DNA of 64,000 bases, taken from assembly GCA_905233625.1 (NCBI GenBank), contig CAJOFJ010000004.1:76427-140426 (forward strand). Reading direction: 5' to 3'. This DNA comes from an uncultured Bacteroidales bacterium (GTDB taxonomy: Bacteria > Bacteroidota > Bacteroidia > Bacteroidales > WCHB1-69). The position numbers and the translations under genes were made by a program. Below are positions 1 through 8,715 of the stretch, one piece after another (position 1 is the first letter of the stretch; each line of letters starts with the position of its first letter). The notes under the pieces were generated by a model that worked only from the letters and a program-made list of their open reading frames with translations, ran no database searches and was not told the DNA's origin.

Positions 1-799
1 GATATTCGGCTGGAAACACCTGACTGTCAAACAAGTGGAATTGAGTTTTCCCTCTCTTCCCGCTGCATTTGACGGATACAAAATCGTGCAGCTCTCCGAC
101 CTTCACATTGGCACCCATGGCCAACAGACCGCTTTCCTGGAAAAATTAGTCCAGCGTGTGAACGAACAGCAAGCCGACCTGATTGTTTTCACGGGAGACC
201 TTGTCAATACCTCAGCGGATGAACTCAAACCCTTTGAGACAATACTGTCGCAATTGCAGGCTTCTGACGGGGTTATATCGGTCCTCGGCAATCACGATTA
301 TTGCCTATACGGCATGAAAGAGCGTCCCGCTGACCCACGAGACGGAGCAAAGCAGTTGATTCAAGATGAACGTCGTATAGGCTGGAATCTGTTACTCAAC
401 GAGCATCGCCTCATTCAACGAAACGGAGCGCAAATTGCCATTGTCGGGGTAGAGAATACCGGCAAGCCTCCCTTCCCTGAAATCGGTGACCTCAAAGCCG
501 CCATGGCAGGGATACCGGACAGTATTTTCACGATTTTGCTTTCGCACGACCCCTCCCACTGGCGCATGGAAGTGCTGCCCAACACCCTTATTCCTCTCAC
601 ACTGTCGGGTCACACCCACGCCGCACAGGTCAAAATCGGCCAGTGGTCACCCTCGCAGTGGCTATACTCCGAATGGAGCGGACTATACACGGAAGGAAAT
701 CAGCATCTTTTCGTCAGCGAAGGCGCTGGCGGGACCATTCCGTTCCGCTTGGGCACTCGACCCGAGATAGTTGTCTTCACACTAAAAAATTCAAAATGA
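1..799 (+). CDS. Metallophosphoesterase (calcineurin-like), 5' end outside window
   Basis: The frame of ORF 35..799 stays open back to base 2. Metallophosphatase blocks SDLHIG, TGDLVN, GNHDY and SGHTH occur in canonical order. Confidence 0.85.
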   Translation, partial: IFGWKHLTVKQVELSFPSLPAAFDGYKIVQLSDLHIGTHGQQTAFLEKLVQRVNEQQADLIVFTGDLVNTSADELKPFETILSQLQASDGVISVLGNHDYCLYGMKERPADPRDGAKQLIQDERRIGWNLLLNEHRLIQRNGAQIAIVGVENTGKPPFPEIGDLKAAMAGIPDSIFTILLSHDPSHWRMEVLPNTLIPLTLSGHTHAAQVKIGQWSPSQWLYSEWSGLYTEGNQHLFVSEGAGGTIPFRLGTRPEIVVFTLKNSK

Positions 800-1401
800 T
801 GAAAAAAACAGTTCTGTTCTTCGCTACCCTGATGTGCCTGAGTCTTTTCTCCTGCCAAAGCCATTTTGACAAGCAGGCTATTGAAGCATCGGTAGAGGAG
901 CAGTATGCCGCATATCCCGAGATGCACCTGCAGGATTTCTACAAGAACTTCTTCCAAGACCGATTCGGACCGGGTCACCTCATCAGCAATCGGGAAGCCG
1001 CTTTGGCAGCCATCACAGCGGAGTTGGCCCATGCCGACACCATCGGATGCCAAACAACGGAACTCTGCGGATGGCGGCATAACTATGTGAGGGTGAGCCT
1101 TTCCGCCGTTCGTGACAGCCTGATCTCCGCAGCGCAATTGACCGATGCCCTGATGGCCAGCGCAAAACCCGTTAGTGATGAGGACATACGCCAATGGGGA
1201 AAAGAATGGGCGTTCATTCTTTCCATCATTGAACAAAAACATCCCGACCTGCCCGATTTTGACCAAGAGAAGCAAAATATCCAGCAGGCCTTAGCCTCCG
1301 GACAATATGTTTTTCATCACAGCGATGCCTTCAACAGGGCCTACCATCCCCATTACCGCTTAATCAGTGTGGAGCAGGGCGAAATATTAGGAATCAATTA
1401 A
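796..1401 (+). CDS. Predicted lipoprotein, function unknown
   Basis: ATG at 796 overlaps the upstream stop (ATGA). MMKKTVLFFATLMCLSLFSC is a signal peptide with a lipobox Cys. The 643 start in the ORF track is an extension across the upstream gene. Confidence 0.7.
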   Translation: MMKKTVLFFATLMCLSLFSCQSHFDKQAIEASVEEQYAAYPEMHLQDFYKNFFQDRFGPGHLISNREAALAAITAELAHADTIGCQTTELCGWRHNYVRVSLSAVRDSLISAAQLTDALMASAKPVSDEDIRQWGKEWAFILSIIEQKHPDLPDFDQEKQNIQQALASGQYVFHHSDAFNRAYHPHYRLISVEQGEILGIN

Positions 1402-1413
1402 AAACAAAATAAC

Positions 1414-3288
1414 ATGAGCACAATCAAAACCAAAATCAAGGACTTGATCCAAAATCTGAAACAGGTGTTTTTGCGCTTCCCGCTGGCCTGTGCCTTTGCC
1501 CTGGTTTTATCCATTCTTCTTTCCTATCTATTTGTACATGTTATAATTAACTCACATCATTTCAGCCAGGAGAAATTATTATACGCGATATGCTGTGGCT
1601 GTGGCATCACCATTTTGCTGGCTTTCGCCGCCGACCTATATTGTCATTTCCGAAATGCCAGTCTCAAGCAACGAATATGGTGCAATATTGCTGTAGTACT
1701 TGCGACAGCGGCCTGTACCTGGCTCTTATACACCCAATATAACAACGGCTTTATCGAATACTATTTCTACACAACATTGTTTGTTTCCCTCCTTCTGATG
1801 CTGGTATGGCCTACTTGGGGGCAACACAATATTGAGATGACATGGAATTACCACATGCGCCTTGTTTATGCCATTTTCATCACCTGTATTTTGGCCCAAA
1901 TTCTTATCTTCGGAATCGTGGCCATACTCCTGTCCATCCAATTTCTGTTCGACGTTGATACAATCAACATTATCGCCGTGGCGGTGGCTGTTATCCTCGC
2001 CTTATTCTGCCCTTGTTGTGCCATGGCCTTGATGCCCATCAACAAAGACCATTACGACAAACCATTGGAATATAGTAAATTGCTAAAAGTATTAGTACTA
2101 TATATCCTGCTCCCTTTGGTATGTATTGAAGCCATCGTTCTTTATCTATATGCCATAACTATTTTGGTTTCATGGCAGCTGCCAGATGGCGGTGTGGCTT
2201 ATTGGGTTTTCTCTTACGCTATCGCCGCCTCCATTATCTGGTATTTGCTAATGCCTGTTTTCCGTTCCGAACAGCCTTCCAAACTGAAATTCTTGGACCG
2301 TGGTTTCTTCATCTCACTGATTCCACTGTTAGTGCTCTTGTTCGTGGGTTTGTTCCGCCGCATCCACGACTATGGTTTCACCACCAACCGTTATATTGTG
2401 CTGGCTATCGCCATCTGGTTTTCAGTTATTTCCTTGATTATGATTTTCAGAAAATCGAGGAATGTTACTCCGCTGTTATGCTCTTTAGTTATAATTTCTC
2501 TACTGGCTTTATTCGGTCCATGGAGCATGTTCTCCTTCCCTAAAAGTATGCAAATAAAGCGTTTTGAGAAAATCGCCAATGAATATCATCTGTTGGAAAA
2601 CGGCAAAATTGTTTCTGCCGCAGAAGAACTGAACCGTGAACAGAATATAGTGCTCAGCGAATCGATAGACTTTTTCATGGATAGCAAAGAATATCGACAA
2701 GATTTCGCTGAGCGATACTTTGGCATTACCCCCGCAGAAGGCGACTCCATCATCCATGAAAACAGCTGTTACTTTTATAAAGAAATGCTGATGTACAATA
2801 TGAATGGGGAATACATTAACGAATATAATCGTAGGGAAACATCTGATGATGAGGAAACTTTCGACGATGAGGATGTCGGTCACGAACACTCATTTTATAA
2901 TGAAGACGACAATTTATACAATATTGCCCAATATGATTATGCCTTCTCCTGCACCGTTGAAAATAATGATTACCGTGATGATGGGTCCTATAAATCACAG
3001 TCTGACAATGTGAAACTTGACATCTGGATAGATTCTCACGAAAAGGATATTATACATTTTGATATAAACAATAACACATTTGATATCAATGCAATAGACT
3101 CCTTGAACTTAGAATCTCTTTATAAACACAAGTATGGCGCCGCATTGAAATCAAACGAGATTATCCATGAGGATAACCATGTCAAGTTATACCTTAATGT
3201 AAAACACTGCGGTGTAGAAAAAGATAAGACAGATACCTTTTCACTAAATAGAATTAGCTTTGACGGCTTCATTAAACTGAAAAATTAA
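1414..3288 (+). CDS. Polytopic membrane protein (DUF4153-like) with acidic soluble C-terminal region
   Basis: 624-aa ORF. About 10 hydrophobic helices lie in the first ~400 aa, followed by a D/E-rich soluble tail. The family name is from memory of similar Bacteroidota proteins. Confidence 0.6.
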   Translation: MSTIKTKIKDLIQNLKQVFLRFPLACAFALVLSILLSYLFVHVIINSHHFSQEKLLYAICCGCGITILLAFAADLYCHFRNASLKQRIWCNIAVVLATAACTWLLYTQYNNGFIEYYFYTTLFVSLLLMLVWPTWGQHNIEMTWNYHMRLVYAIFITCILAQILIFGIVAILLSIQFLFDVDTINIIAVAVAVILALFCPCCAMALMPINKDHYDKPLEYSKLLKVLVLYILLPLVCIEAIVLYLYAITILVSWQLPDGGVAYWVFSYAIAASIIWYLLMPVFRSEQPSKLKFLDRGFFISLIPLLVLLFVGLFRRIHDYGFTTNRYIVLAIAIWFSVISLIMIFRKSRNVTPLLCSLVIISLLALFGPWSMFSFPKSMQIKRFEKIANEYHLLENGKIVSAAEELNREQNIVLSESIDFFMDSKEYRQDFAERYFGITPAEGDSIIHENSCYFYKEMLMYNMNGEYINEYNRRETSDDEETFDDEDVGHEHSFYNEDDNLYNIAQYDYAFSCTVENNDYRDDGSYKSQSDNVKLDIWIDSHEKDIIHFDINNNTFDINAIDSLNLESLYKHKYGAALKSNEIIHEDNHVKLYLNVKHCGVEKDKTDTFSLNRISFDGFIKLKN

Positions 3289-3377
3289 ATTTCTGAAAAG
3301 TTCAGTCCGTTTTGTTGGGACACACGGTATTTGCAACAATATACACAAAAAAAGTGTAGAAAAATAATATCCTAAAA

Positions 3378-3399
3378 ATGTCAACAAAAATGTTGACAT
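3378..3399. promoter_or_regulatory. Perfect 9-bp inverted repeat ATGTCAACA-aaaa-TGTTGACAT, likely operator
   Basis: Read directly from the sequence. It sits over the -33 region, immediately upstream of the -7 box at 3408. Confidence 0.5.
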
Positions 3400-3407
3400 T
3401 TTTTTTG

Positions 3408-3415
3408 TATTTTTG
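3408..3415 (+). promoter_or_regulatory. Bacteroidota -7 promoter box (TATTTTTG)
   Basis: Matches the TAnnTTTG consensus. It lies 26 nt upstream of the TTG start at 3441. Confidence 0.55.
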
Positions 3416-3440
3416 CACAATCATTTATAGTAAAATTGTT

Positions 3441-3998
3441 TTGAAACAAAGCGTAGGACAATATATCGGGAAATTGATGGTTCGTGACCACTACAACCAG
3501 TCAACGTTGGCGAGGGAATTGGGCATCTCTCGCCAAATGCTTAGCTATATTATGCTTAATCAAAGAGAAATTTCTCTTCCCCTATCATTGAAAATCGAAT
3601 CTTTGTTTTCGCTTTCCGAAGGCAGCTTGCTAAAAATCCAAAACGACTATAAAATTCATCAATACAAGGAAAAACTCCGTAAAGAACTTTTCAGAAAATT
3701 GGAGCATGCACATGCTTTTTGGTCATACGACGATATTTCTGCGAATAATCTGCCAGATGAATTGCTCATTGAAAAGGTGTTTGTGCACCTTGACATGGAT
3801 GATATTACAAAATTATTCGAACTTTTCTCCAAAAAATATATTGAACGAATATGGCGTAAGAATATGGCCGTTCAAGGCGAGTATCTCTTTGACCTGAATG
3901 TGATGATTGCGCTATATTTCTTCCATATCAAACATCCCGAAACTTTTCTCCGTCGCCAAGAAATGTTACACCTGAAAAATTTGACTTGCCATGCGTAA
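3441..3998 (+). CDS. XRE-type HTH protein with unknown C-terminal domain, putative antitoxin partner of AbiEii
   Basis: HTH segment QSTLARELGISRQMLSYIMLNQREIS. The 3' end overlaps the toxin gene by 8 nt. I moved the start to TTG 3441 because the track start at 3378 lies inside the operator and upstream of the promoter. Confidence 0.6.
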   Translation: MKQSVGQYIGKLMVRDHYNQSTLARELGISRQMLSYIMLNQREISLPLSLKIESLFSLSEGSLLKIQNDYKIHQYKEKLRKELFRKLEHAHAFWSYDDISANNLPDELLIEKVFVHLDMDDITKLFELFSKKYIERIWRKNMAVQGEYLFDLNVMIALYFFHIKHPETFLRRQEMLHLKNLTCHA

Positions 3999-4635
3999 AG
4001 GATTAACCCCAAACATTGAAGCCATCATTGATAATGTGGCCCAACTGGAATGCATCAAACCTTATACCCTTTGCGGAGGCACAGCCCTTGCAATTCAACT
4101 CGGACACCGTATTAGTGAAGATTTGGATTTTATGACGTGGAGAATCTCCAAAACCGAGAAACCAGAGGTGGATTGGCCTTCTATCGAAAAAGAAATTCAG
4201 GGAAAGGTGGGCGAAATCGAACATCGTGACATCCTCGGATTTGACCAAGTTTCCTTTGTGGTCAAAGGGGTTAAACTATCCTTTTTCGTAAGCAACAACT
4301 ACACCCCCATTCATCAAAAAACTGAGTATCAAGGCAATATATTTATGGCGGATGTGCCTTCTATTTTGGCGATGAAAATGGAAGTGATGCTTCGACGACT
4401 TAAGTACAGAGACTATTACGATATATACTCCATTGTAAAAGCCGGCTACTCTCTACGTGAAGGAATAGAGGCAGCTGTGAAATACTCCGAACATAAACTC
4501 TCTACAAAATCCCTAATGATAATGCTCTCAACCAACCGGATTCCCATTGATGCCGGATTCCCTCAAATGTGCCCTATATACAATGTCTCACTAGAAATAA
4601 TGCGTGAGTTTTTGATTCAACATCTTAACGAGTAA
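3991..4635 (+). CDS. Nucleotidyltransferase AbiEii/AbiGii-family toxin
   Basis: N-terminal CGGTALAIQLGHRISEDLDF matches the GG[TS]AL...R.[ST].D[LI]D nucleotidyltransferase signature of AbiEii (DUF1814). It overlaps the upstream HTH gene. Confidence 0.7.
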   Translation: MRKGLTPNIEAIIDNVAQLECIKPYTLCGGTALAIQLGHRISEDLDFMTWRISKTEKPEVDWPSIEKEIQGKVGEIEHRDILGFDQVSFVVKGVKLSFFVSNNYTPIHQKTEYQGNIFMADVPSILAMKMEVMLRRLKYRDYYDIYSIVKAGYSLREGIEAAVKYSEHKLSTKSLMIMLSTNRIPIDAGFPQMCPIYNVSLEIMREFLIQHLNE

Positions 4636-4672
4636 AACAAAAAAAATCACACGCAACATAAAAACAGTCTTT

Positions 4673-5830
4673 ATGCGTAATTTCACCATTTTAATTCTCC
4701 TTTTGACTACTGTTTTGTGTGGCAAGGCACAGGATTTGTTGGTGCCATGCTCTCAATTATACTACGGAGGAAAAACATACCACGAATTGATATACAAATA
4801 TTTGATATATGACAATCCCAAGCAAGCGTATGCCGGTTATATCGGATTATGGGAGCCCTACTATCTGGTGATCACACAATATAACACCTATCCCGAACCC
4901 CCCGAATATGCTTTTGTGGTAAAAGACAGTTCCATAATTTTAAAACGAGCATCGGTAAATATATATGAGGCCTTATTTGCCAAAGATAGAATAAAAAGAC
5001 ATCTACTGAAAGATTATGACTCCTCACAACAGAAAGTCATGAAAAAAGAGGTGGCAGCATTGAAATCACTTTGTGCAGATAAGTGGGAAATGTCCGTCTC
5101 GCCTGATTTTTCAAGACGGCTTGCTGATTTGTTCGAATGTGTGAACCTGACTGCTACATATATCCAATGTCCAGATGAGGGCTCCAACCATGACAATTCC
5201 AATATATTCAATACTCCCATAGGAGCCCGCTATTTCAATCATATAAATTGTGTAGCGGAAAGTTGGCCTTCTTCTATTGATACCAGAGAGGGGCAACTGA
5301 ATCAAATGGCAGACAGTATCTGTTACGCTGTAGAACACCATGACGAAGCAGTTTTGAATCGTCAATATATTGTATGCAAGAAGCTTTCGGCAGATTTCAA
5401 AACTGAAATACCCGTATGCTATTTCGCACCTTGGTGCAAAGAATCGCCCGGATTACGTCAACCCTACCAAGTTCGACTATCCTGCAGAGGACGGGGAAAT
5501 TTCGAGTTAAACATTAATCTTGAGGAACCTGCAGATGACAACACTGTGGAAAAATACAGATTGATGTATGCCGACAGTGTAGCGGCGTGGACTCGCGAAG
5601 CTTATATCCAACATCCGTTCAGAAGACCACAAATCACGCTGGAGAAAACAGATTCTGTAATATGTCACATATACATTGAGCCGCATGATAGGGTTTACCG
5701 GGAGATTTGCGAAATACACATCCCTGCCAATTTATGCCGCCGCGACATCATTCTGAGTACACTGACGCTCCCTTTCGGCCACTATCATTTAGATAGCAAC
5801 CACCGATGGATGCCAATTGTACAGGATTAA
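4673..5830 (+). CDS. Secreted Cys-rich hypothetical protein
   Basis: 385-aa ORF with signal peptide MRNFTILILLLTTVLCGKAQ and about 14 Cys residues. I recognise no family motif. Confidence 0.6.
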   Translation: MRNFTILILLLTTVLCGKAQDLLVPCSQLYYGGKTYHELIYKYLIYDNPKQAYAGYIGLWEPYYLVITQYNTYPEPPEYAFVVKDSSIILKRASVNIYEALFAKDRIKRHLLKDYDSSQQKVMKKEVAALKSLCADKWEMSVSPDFSRRLADLFECVNLTATYIQCPDEGSNHDNSNIFNTPIGARYFNHINCVAESWPSSIDTREGQLNQMADSICYAVEHHDEAVLNRQYIVCKKLSADFKTEIPVCYFAPWCKESPGLRQPYQVRLSCRGRGNFELNINLEEPADDNTVEKYRLMYADSVAAWTREAYIQHPFRRPQITLEKTDSVICHIYIEPHDRVYREICEIHIPANLCRRDIILSTLTLPFGHYHLDSNHRWMPIVQD

Positions 5831-5876
5831 TTACTATATTTGCTTTAATAGAGGTGTTTCATGTTAGTTTTTTTTC

Positions 5877-5884
5877 TATCTTTG
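5877..5884 (+). promoter_or_regulatory. -7 promoter box (TATCTTTG) for hicAB
   Basis: TAnnTTTG match 20 nt upstream of the expected hicA start. Confidence 0.55.
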
Positions 5885-5903
5885 CAGCGTTAAAAAAGCA
5901 AGA

Positions 5904-6089
5904 ATAAAATACTCTGAACTGGAAAAGAAATTGAGAAAGGCTGGCTGTTATCTCGTTGGCAACAACGATCATCCAATATGGTTCAGCCCTATCACAGGCC
6001 TACGATTCCAAACAGGCCATCACAAGTCAGAGGAGATTAAAAAAGGCACTTTAGAGAAAATATTGAAGATGGCAGGAATTAAACATTAA
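5904..6089 (+). CDS. hicA: HicA-family toxin, ATA at the position of the expected start codon
   Basis: Translation is (I)KYSELEKKLRKAGCYLVGNNDHPIWFSPITGLRFQTGHHKSEEIKKGTLEKILKMAGIKH*, typical of HicA. There is an in-frame stop at 5865-5867 and no ATG/GTG/TTG between it and 5904. It is absent from the ORF track for that reason. Confidence 0.6.
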   Translation: MKYSELEKKLRKAGCYLVGNNDHPIWFSPITGLRFQTGHHKSEEIKKGTLEKILKMAGIKH

Positions 6090-6122
6090 TACTCATTAAC
6101 TGTCACAAAGCAAAATAAAATT

Positions 6123-6524
6123 ATGATAGTAAAAGCAATTATTGAGACCGGAAAAGATTTAGATTTCGACATCTACACCGATGACGGCACTCTTGGATTT
6201 ATGTTACTCGGCCAGGGTAATACCATTGAGGAGGCCAAAGCTGACTTGCAGAAAAGCAAGGAAGAAATGAAAGCAGCATACGCTGAAGCTGGTGAAAATT
6301 TTGATTTCGATAGTTTGGAATTTGAATATGTATTTGATACCGTATCATTTCTCAAATATTCACCATTTACCCTTACAGGTTTGTCAAAAGCCACAGGCAT
6401 CAACCGAAAACAATTGAGCCATTACGTGACTGGATATCGTAAACCCTCAGCAAAAACCATACAGCGTATTCAGACAGGTGTGACCAATTTTGCCAAGGCA
6501 TTACAGCATGCTGTATTAGTGTAA
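6123..6524 (+). CDS. hicB: HicB-family antitoxin with C-terminal HTH
   Basis: 133 aa, 33 nt downstream of hicA. It has a HicB-like N-terminal fold region (MIVKAIIETGKDLDFDIYTDD) and a C-terminal HTH (LSKATGINRKQLSHYVTG). Confidence 0.75.
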   Translation: MIVKAIIETGKDLDFDIYTDDGTLGFMLLGQGNTIEEAKADLQKSKEEMKAAYAEAGENFDFDSLEFEYVFDTVSFLKYSPFTLTGLSKATGINRKQLSHYVTGYRKPSAKTIQRIQTGVTNFAKALQHAVLV

Positions 6525-6533
6525 AAATTTCAC

Positions 6534-6541
6534 TATCTTTG
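6534..6541 (+). promoter_or_regulatory. -7 promoter box (TATCTTTG)
   Basis: TAnnTTTG match 24 nt upstream of ATG 6565. Confidence 0.5.
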
Positions 6542-6564
6542 TAGGTTTTATTGATTTGGACTAA

Positions 6565-7836
6565 ATGAAAAGAATTATTCGTATACTAACCCTACTGTTT
6601 CTGCTGCTTACCACCTGGTTATCAGCATATTCCACTTCCATCCTCATTCCGATGGACATGGATCAGAAGAATCATCTGAAAGCCTACGGCATCGCCTATT
6701 TCGCCATCAAGGAAGGCGTTGATGCCAGCTGGCTGCTCAACTACCGTGGAGGCAGCTTCATGTTCGCCTATTCCAGCAAGGTGGAAGACGAGTGCATTAT
6801 CCGTGGCGTAAGCTACCAGGTAATTGCCGATGTGCAGGCCAGCAGCATCCGTCAGGAGATTGCCGCCGTGGAGAACAACATGAACGAAATCAAACTGACC
6901 AAGGTGCCCAAAATCGCCGTGTACTCCCCGAAAAACAAACTGCCTTGGGACGATGCGGTGACACTGGTTCTGACCTACGCGGAAATACCCTATGATGTGA
7001 TTTATGATGAGGAAGTCATCAAGGGCGAGCTGCCCAAATACGACTGGCTACACCTACATCACGAGGACTTTACTGGCCAATACGGCAAATTCTGGGCCAG
7101 CTACCGCAACGCCGCCTGGTATATCCAGGATGTGAAAGAAAACGAGGAACGCGCACAGCGACTGGGCTATAGCAAGGTTTCTGACATGAAACTTGCCGTG
7201 GTGAAGCAAATCCGCAATTTCGTGGCCGGTGGCGGCTACCTCTTCGCCATGTGCTCCGGTCCCGACAGTTTTGACATCGCCTTGGCCGCTGAGGATGTTG
7301 ACATCTGCGACGTCATGTTCGACGGCGACCCGATGGACCCCAATGCCCAGGAAAAACTCAACTACGACAACACCTTCGCTTTCACCAATTTCAAAATTGA
7401 GAAAAACCCATACAAATACGAGGTTTCCGATATTGATGTGGACCCGACAGTGCATATCAGCAACCGTAAAAACGACTATTTCACCCTGTTTGAGTTTTCC
7501 GCCAAATGGGATCCTGTGCCCACCATGTTGTGCCAGAACCACCTGACCGTGATTCCCGGTTTCATGGGACAGACCACCGCTTTCCGCAAAGCCTTGATCA
7601 AACCCACGGTCACCATCATGGGCGAATCCAAGATTTTTGACGAGGCCCGCTACATTCATGGCGAGTACGGCAAAGGCACCTGGACTTTCTACGCCGGCCA
7701 CGACCCCGAGGACTACCAGCACTTGGTGAATGACCCTCCCACCGACCTCAACCTCTTCCCCAACTCGGCAGGTTACCGACTGATATTGAACAACGTGCTC
7801 TTCCCTGCCGCAAAAAAAGAAAAACAGAAAACCTAA
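6565..7836 (+). CDS. Conserved secreted protein with class-I glutamine-amidotransferase/DJ-1-like nucleophile elbow
   Basis: Signal peptide present. GGGYLFAMCSGPDSF resembles the GATase1/DJ-1 elbow. From memory, proteins of this type in Bacteroidota are often labelled asparagine synthetase B, which is probably a misnomer. Confidence 0.45.
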   Translation: MKRIIRILTLLFLLLTTWLSAYSTSILIPMDMDQKNHLKAYGIAYFAIKEGVDASWLLNYRGGSFMFAYSSKVEDECIIRGVSYQVIADVQASSIRQEIAAVENNMNEIKLTKVPKIAVYSPKNKLPWDDAVTLVLTYAEIPYDVIYDEEVIKGELPKYDWLHLHHEDFTGQYGKFWASYRNAAWYIQDVKENEERAQRLGYSKVSDMKLAVVKQIRNFVAGGGYLFAMCSGPDSFDIALAAEDVDICDVMFDGDPMDPNAQEKLNYDNTFAFTNFKIEKNPYKYEVSDIDVDPTVHISNRKNDYFTLFEFSAKWDPVPTMLCQNHLTVIPGFMGQTTAFRKALIKPTVTIMGESKIFDEARYIHGEYGKGTWTFYAGHDPEDYQHLVNDPPTDLNLFPNSAGYRLILNNVLFPAAKKEKQKT

Positions 7837-7860
7837 TATTTACCACTACAAAACTCATTC

Positions 7861-8712
7861 ATGGAACAGAAATTAGCCATCATCACCGGTGCCAACGGAG
7901 GCATGGGTGCCACTTTGGTTCGCGACGTAGCCAATGCCGGCTACCATGTCATCATGGCCTGCAAAGACCTGACCAAAGCCACCCCTGTATATGAGCAACT
8001 CCGGCAAAACAAGCCCGACCAGATAGAACTGATGCATTTGGACCTGGCCTCTTTCGAGTCCATCAAAAGCTTTGTCGACCAAGTGCAGCAGCAATACTCC
8101 CGTATGGACCTGCTTCTCAACAATGCGGGCACGCTGTGCCACAAGGCGGAAGAAACGGCCGAGCATTACGAAAAAACGGTGGGTGTGAACTATTTAGGAC
8201 ATTATGTGCTGTCTCATCTTTTGCTTCCGATGATGGGAAAAGGCACGAGAGTGGTCAATATGGTTTCGCTGACCGTTCGCTACGGACACCTGAAACCCAC
8301 GCTGTTCCAGCCAGTCAGCCAAAAGAAATTCAACCGTTTTATCACCTATTCCGACTCCAAAAAAGCCTTTTTCTACTTCACCATGGACGCGGCGGAAAAG
8401 TGGGCGGATCGAGGCATCACCGTCAACTGTGCCGACCCGGGCATTGTGAGCACCAACATCATCAGGATGGGCAACATTGTGGTGGACAAACTCTGCGACT
8501 GGTTTTTCCGCCCTATCATCAAGACTCCGACCCAAGGAGCCTCCACCATGCTGCGATTGGCTTTGGACCCGGATCTGGAGGGACAAACAGGAGGCTTTTA
8601 CGTCAACAAGAAACTGAAAAAAGTGAAAAGCGAGGTGCTGAACAGTCCCGAACGCACCATGCTGCGAGAATTAACCCAAGAAATCACCCGTCAACACGGA
8701 TTTAACTTTTAA
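7861..8712 (+). CDS. SDR-family oxidoreductase
   Basis: TGANGGMG Rossmann motif, NNAG, and the catalytic YSDSK motif. Confidence 0.85.
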   Translation: MEQKLAIITGANGGMGATLVRDVANAGYHVIMACKDLTKATPVYEQLRQNKPDQIELMHLDLASFESIKSFVDQVQQQYSRMDLLLNNAGTLCHKAEETAEHYEKTVGVNYLGHYVLSHLLLPMMGKGTRVVNMVSLTVRYGHLKPTLFQPVSQKKFNRFITYSDSKKAFFYFTMDAAEKWADRGITVNCADPGIVSTNIIRMGNIVVDKLCDWFFRPIIKTPTQGASTMLRLALDPDLEGQTGGFYVNKKLKKVKSEVLNSPERTMLRELTQEITRQHGFNF

Positions 8713-8715
8713 TCA

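Noticed and set aside
643-795. N-terminal 51-codon extension of the lipoprotein ORF (track start 643)
   Set aside because: It overlaps the 3' end of the phosphoesterase gene in another frame. The ATG at 796 gives a canonical lipoprotein signal peptide.
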